Shown: one piece after another, positions 62,743-64,000 of the stretch
Layout: every line of letters starts with the position of its first letter
How positions within the stretch are numbered: position 1 is the first letter of the stretch
From: Moniliella sp. 'wahieum'
Lineage: Eukaryota
DNA length: 64,000 nucleotides
Direction: 5' to 3'
NCBI GenBank assembly: GCA_003971905.1
Contig: RSEE01000107.1
Span: forward strand, 124,001 to 188,000
Position numbers and translations under genes: made by a program
Notes under the pieces: generated by a model
Told to the model about the DNA's origin: nothing
Databases searched by the model: none
What the model saw: the letters and a program-made list of their open reading frames with translations, nothing else

Positions 62743-64000
62743 CATGGCCGACGCGCTGGCCCAGGCCGCGAGCCACGTAGCGAGCACCGCTGGGACAACG
62801 CAGGGCTGCGCGTGCTTATGTCCGCGCACCAGCATGTCCTAGGCGCCCTCAACAGCGGGGCGTCCCCCAGTTCTGCGGATGAGGAGGCGTGCGCATGTGT
62901 GCGGGCGGCCGGGCTGATGCCTGCAGTACTCGCAACGGCCCATGCGGCACTCCCTCTGCGGGTCGGGGCGCTGGCTAATGAGTGGACGGGGAATGTGCAG
63001 GCCACATTACAGTCTTTGGAGGGGCTTTTGAGGAACGACCAGCTTTGGCTTGCTGCCGTGGGTGCTGGCCCAGCGCAGCTAGCCCGGTACGCGGATCGCT
63101 TCGTGACGTCCTTGGGTGACCATCCGGCTTCTCTCCTCTTACGAGCGCCGCCGAGACGTTGTTGGAGCACAGCTTTTCTGTGTGGGTCACTTCGGACGCG
63201 CCTCCTACGTGGTCTGCCACCCTGCCTGGATCCGCATTTGTTGCCCATGCCGCCGCGCTGGGGTTGAGCCCTGCTCTGGACCGCACACTGGACATGGTCA
63301 CGCTCTCTTACATTGATCGACTGGCCAAGAAGGCCTGCGCCGACGATGGGGACCGCACAGCGCCCCAGTTGGCGTCAATCGTTGATTCAGTTCGGACTGG
63401 GGGGCTTCTTCGCATATCGCCCTCGTCCGAGCGCGGGTTCGGTCTCAGCTGGCGTGTTCTTCCGACGATGACGCTTCCCTTGTCTCTGCTGAAAAGAGTA
63501 CGGTGGACCAAATAGTGGTGCATGCGATTCTGTCTGCACGACTGGTTCAGTTTCGCTCCCTTGCTCGCGTTTCCTGCCTCTTCCCCGCGTTGAGGGACAT
63601 CCAGACGTGCCTTGATGCCTTGGCATCGTATCCTTCAAAGGGCGATTCCGACATTATCGCCCAGATGGCGCGCACTCTTCTTGCTTCCTGGCGCACATCC
63701 ATTCTCCTCCCCGCCACGCCTACCGATGCGCTGGTGGAATTCTTTGTACTACTGGTCCATGCTTGTCGCGCCACGCTTTCTGAGGGTGGACAGGTCCTGC
63801 TCTCCCATCTCGTCCCCCCTTTACGCGCTACGCTCCGCAGCCGAAGCGATACGATCGACGTGGTGGTGTCGGCACTGCTGGGAAAGGGGGCGGCATGCCA
63901 ACTACTTCGTCCTGCTTTCAAGCGGGTGTCAAACGGGCATGACCTTGATGGAGCAGACGGTCCTAGCGCGCTTGAACCTGATGACCCCGCCGACGAGGAT
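62743..64000 (+). CDS. APC2: Probable anaphase-promoting complex subunit 2 (cullin-like), 5' part, divergent
   Basis: SILLPATPTDALVEFFVLLVHACR..GQVLLSHLVPPLRATLRSRSDTIDVVVSALLG resembles the Apc2 pattern RLLHPGAxTxDI..GVLL..V..PIR.YLR.R.DTI..IV..L. The gene runs off the window end. Confidence 0.5.

Overview
This is eukaryotic fungal genomic DNA: GC-rich, gene-dense, with short GT-AG introns and CTRAC branch sites. It is most likely a basidiomycete, possibly Ustilaginomycotina (inferred from a WC-1 lacking a GATA finger and from gene style). Almost every conserved gene is broken by small indels, mostly in homopolymers, which points to an unpolished long-read assembly rather than real pseudogenes. 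Recognisable genes in order: Zn2Cys6 TF, a tandem dynein-light-chain-like protein, an AGTRAP-like membrane protein, PHO13-like HAD phosphatase, a multi-TM protein with a probable AT-hook tail, SKI2, a spliced zinc-ribbon microprotein, a C2H2/fungal-TF-domain TF, GH5 glucanase, DUG1, BRX1, SEM1/DSS1 (absent from the ORF track), a lipase fragment, a C2H2 TF, VPS55, a thioredoxin-fold redoxin, white collar-1, a HAL/HRK1-type kinase, pyruvate kinase and a partial APC2-like gene. Three features stand out. (1) Non-coding DNA contains many different period-7 tandem arrays, many built from a 6-bp A....T palindrome plus one spacer base. (2) A ~560-600 bp repeat occurs as an inverted pair bracketing wc-1, the kinase and pyruvate kinase, and one copy lies in a ~1.2-kb TIR-bounded element. 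(3) A gene appears to encode two divergent LC8-like domains. No rRNA, tRNA or CRISPR array was seen.
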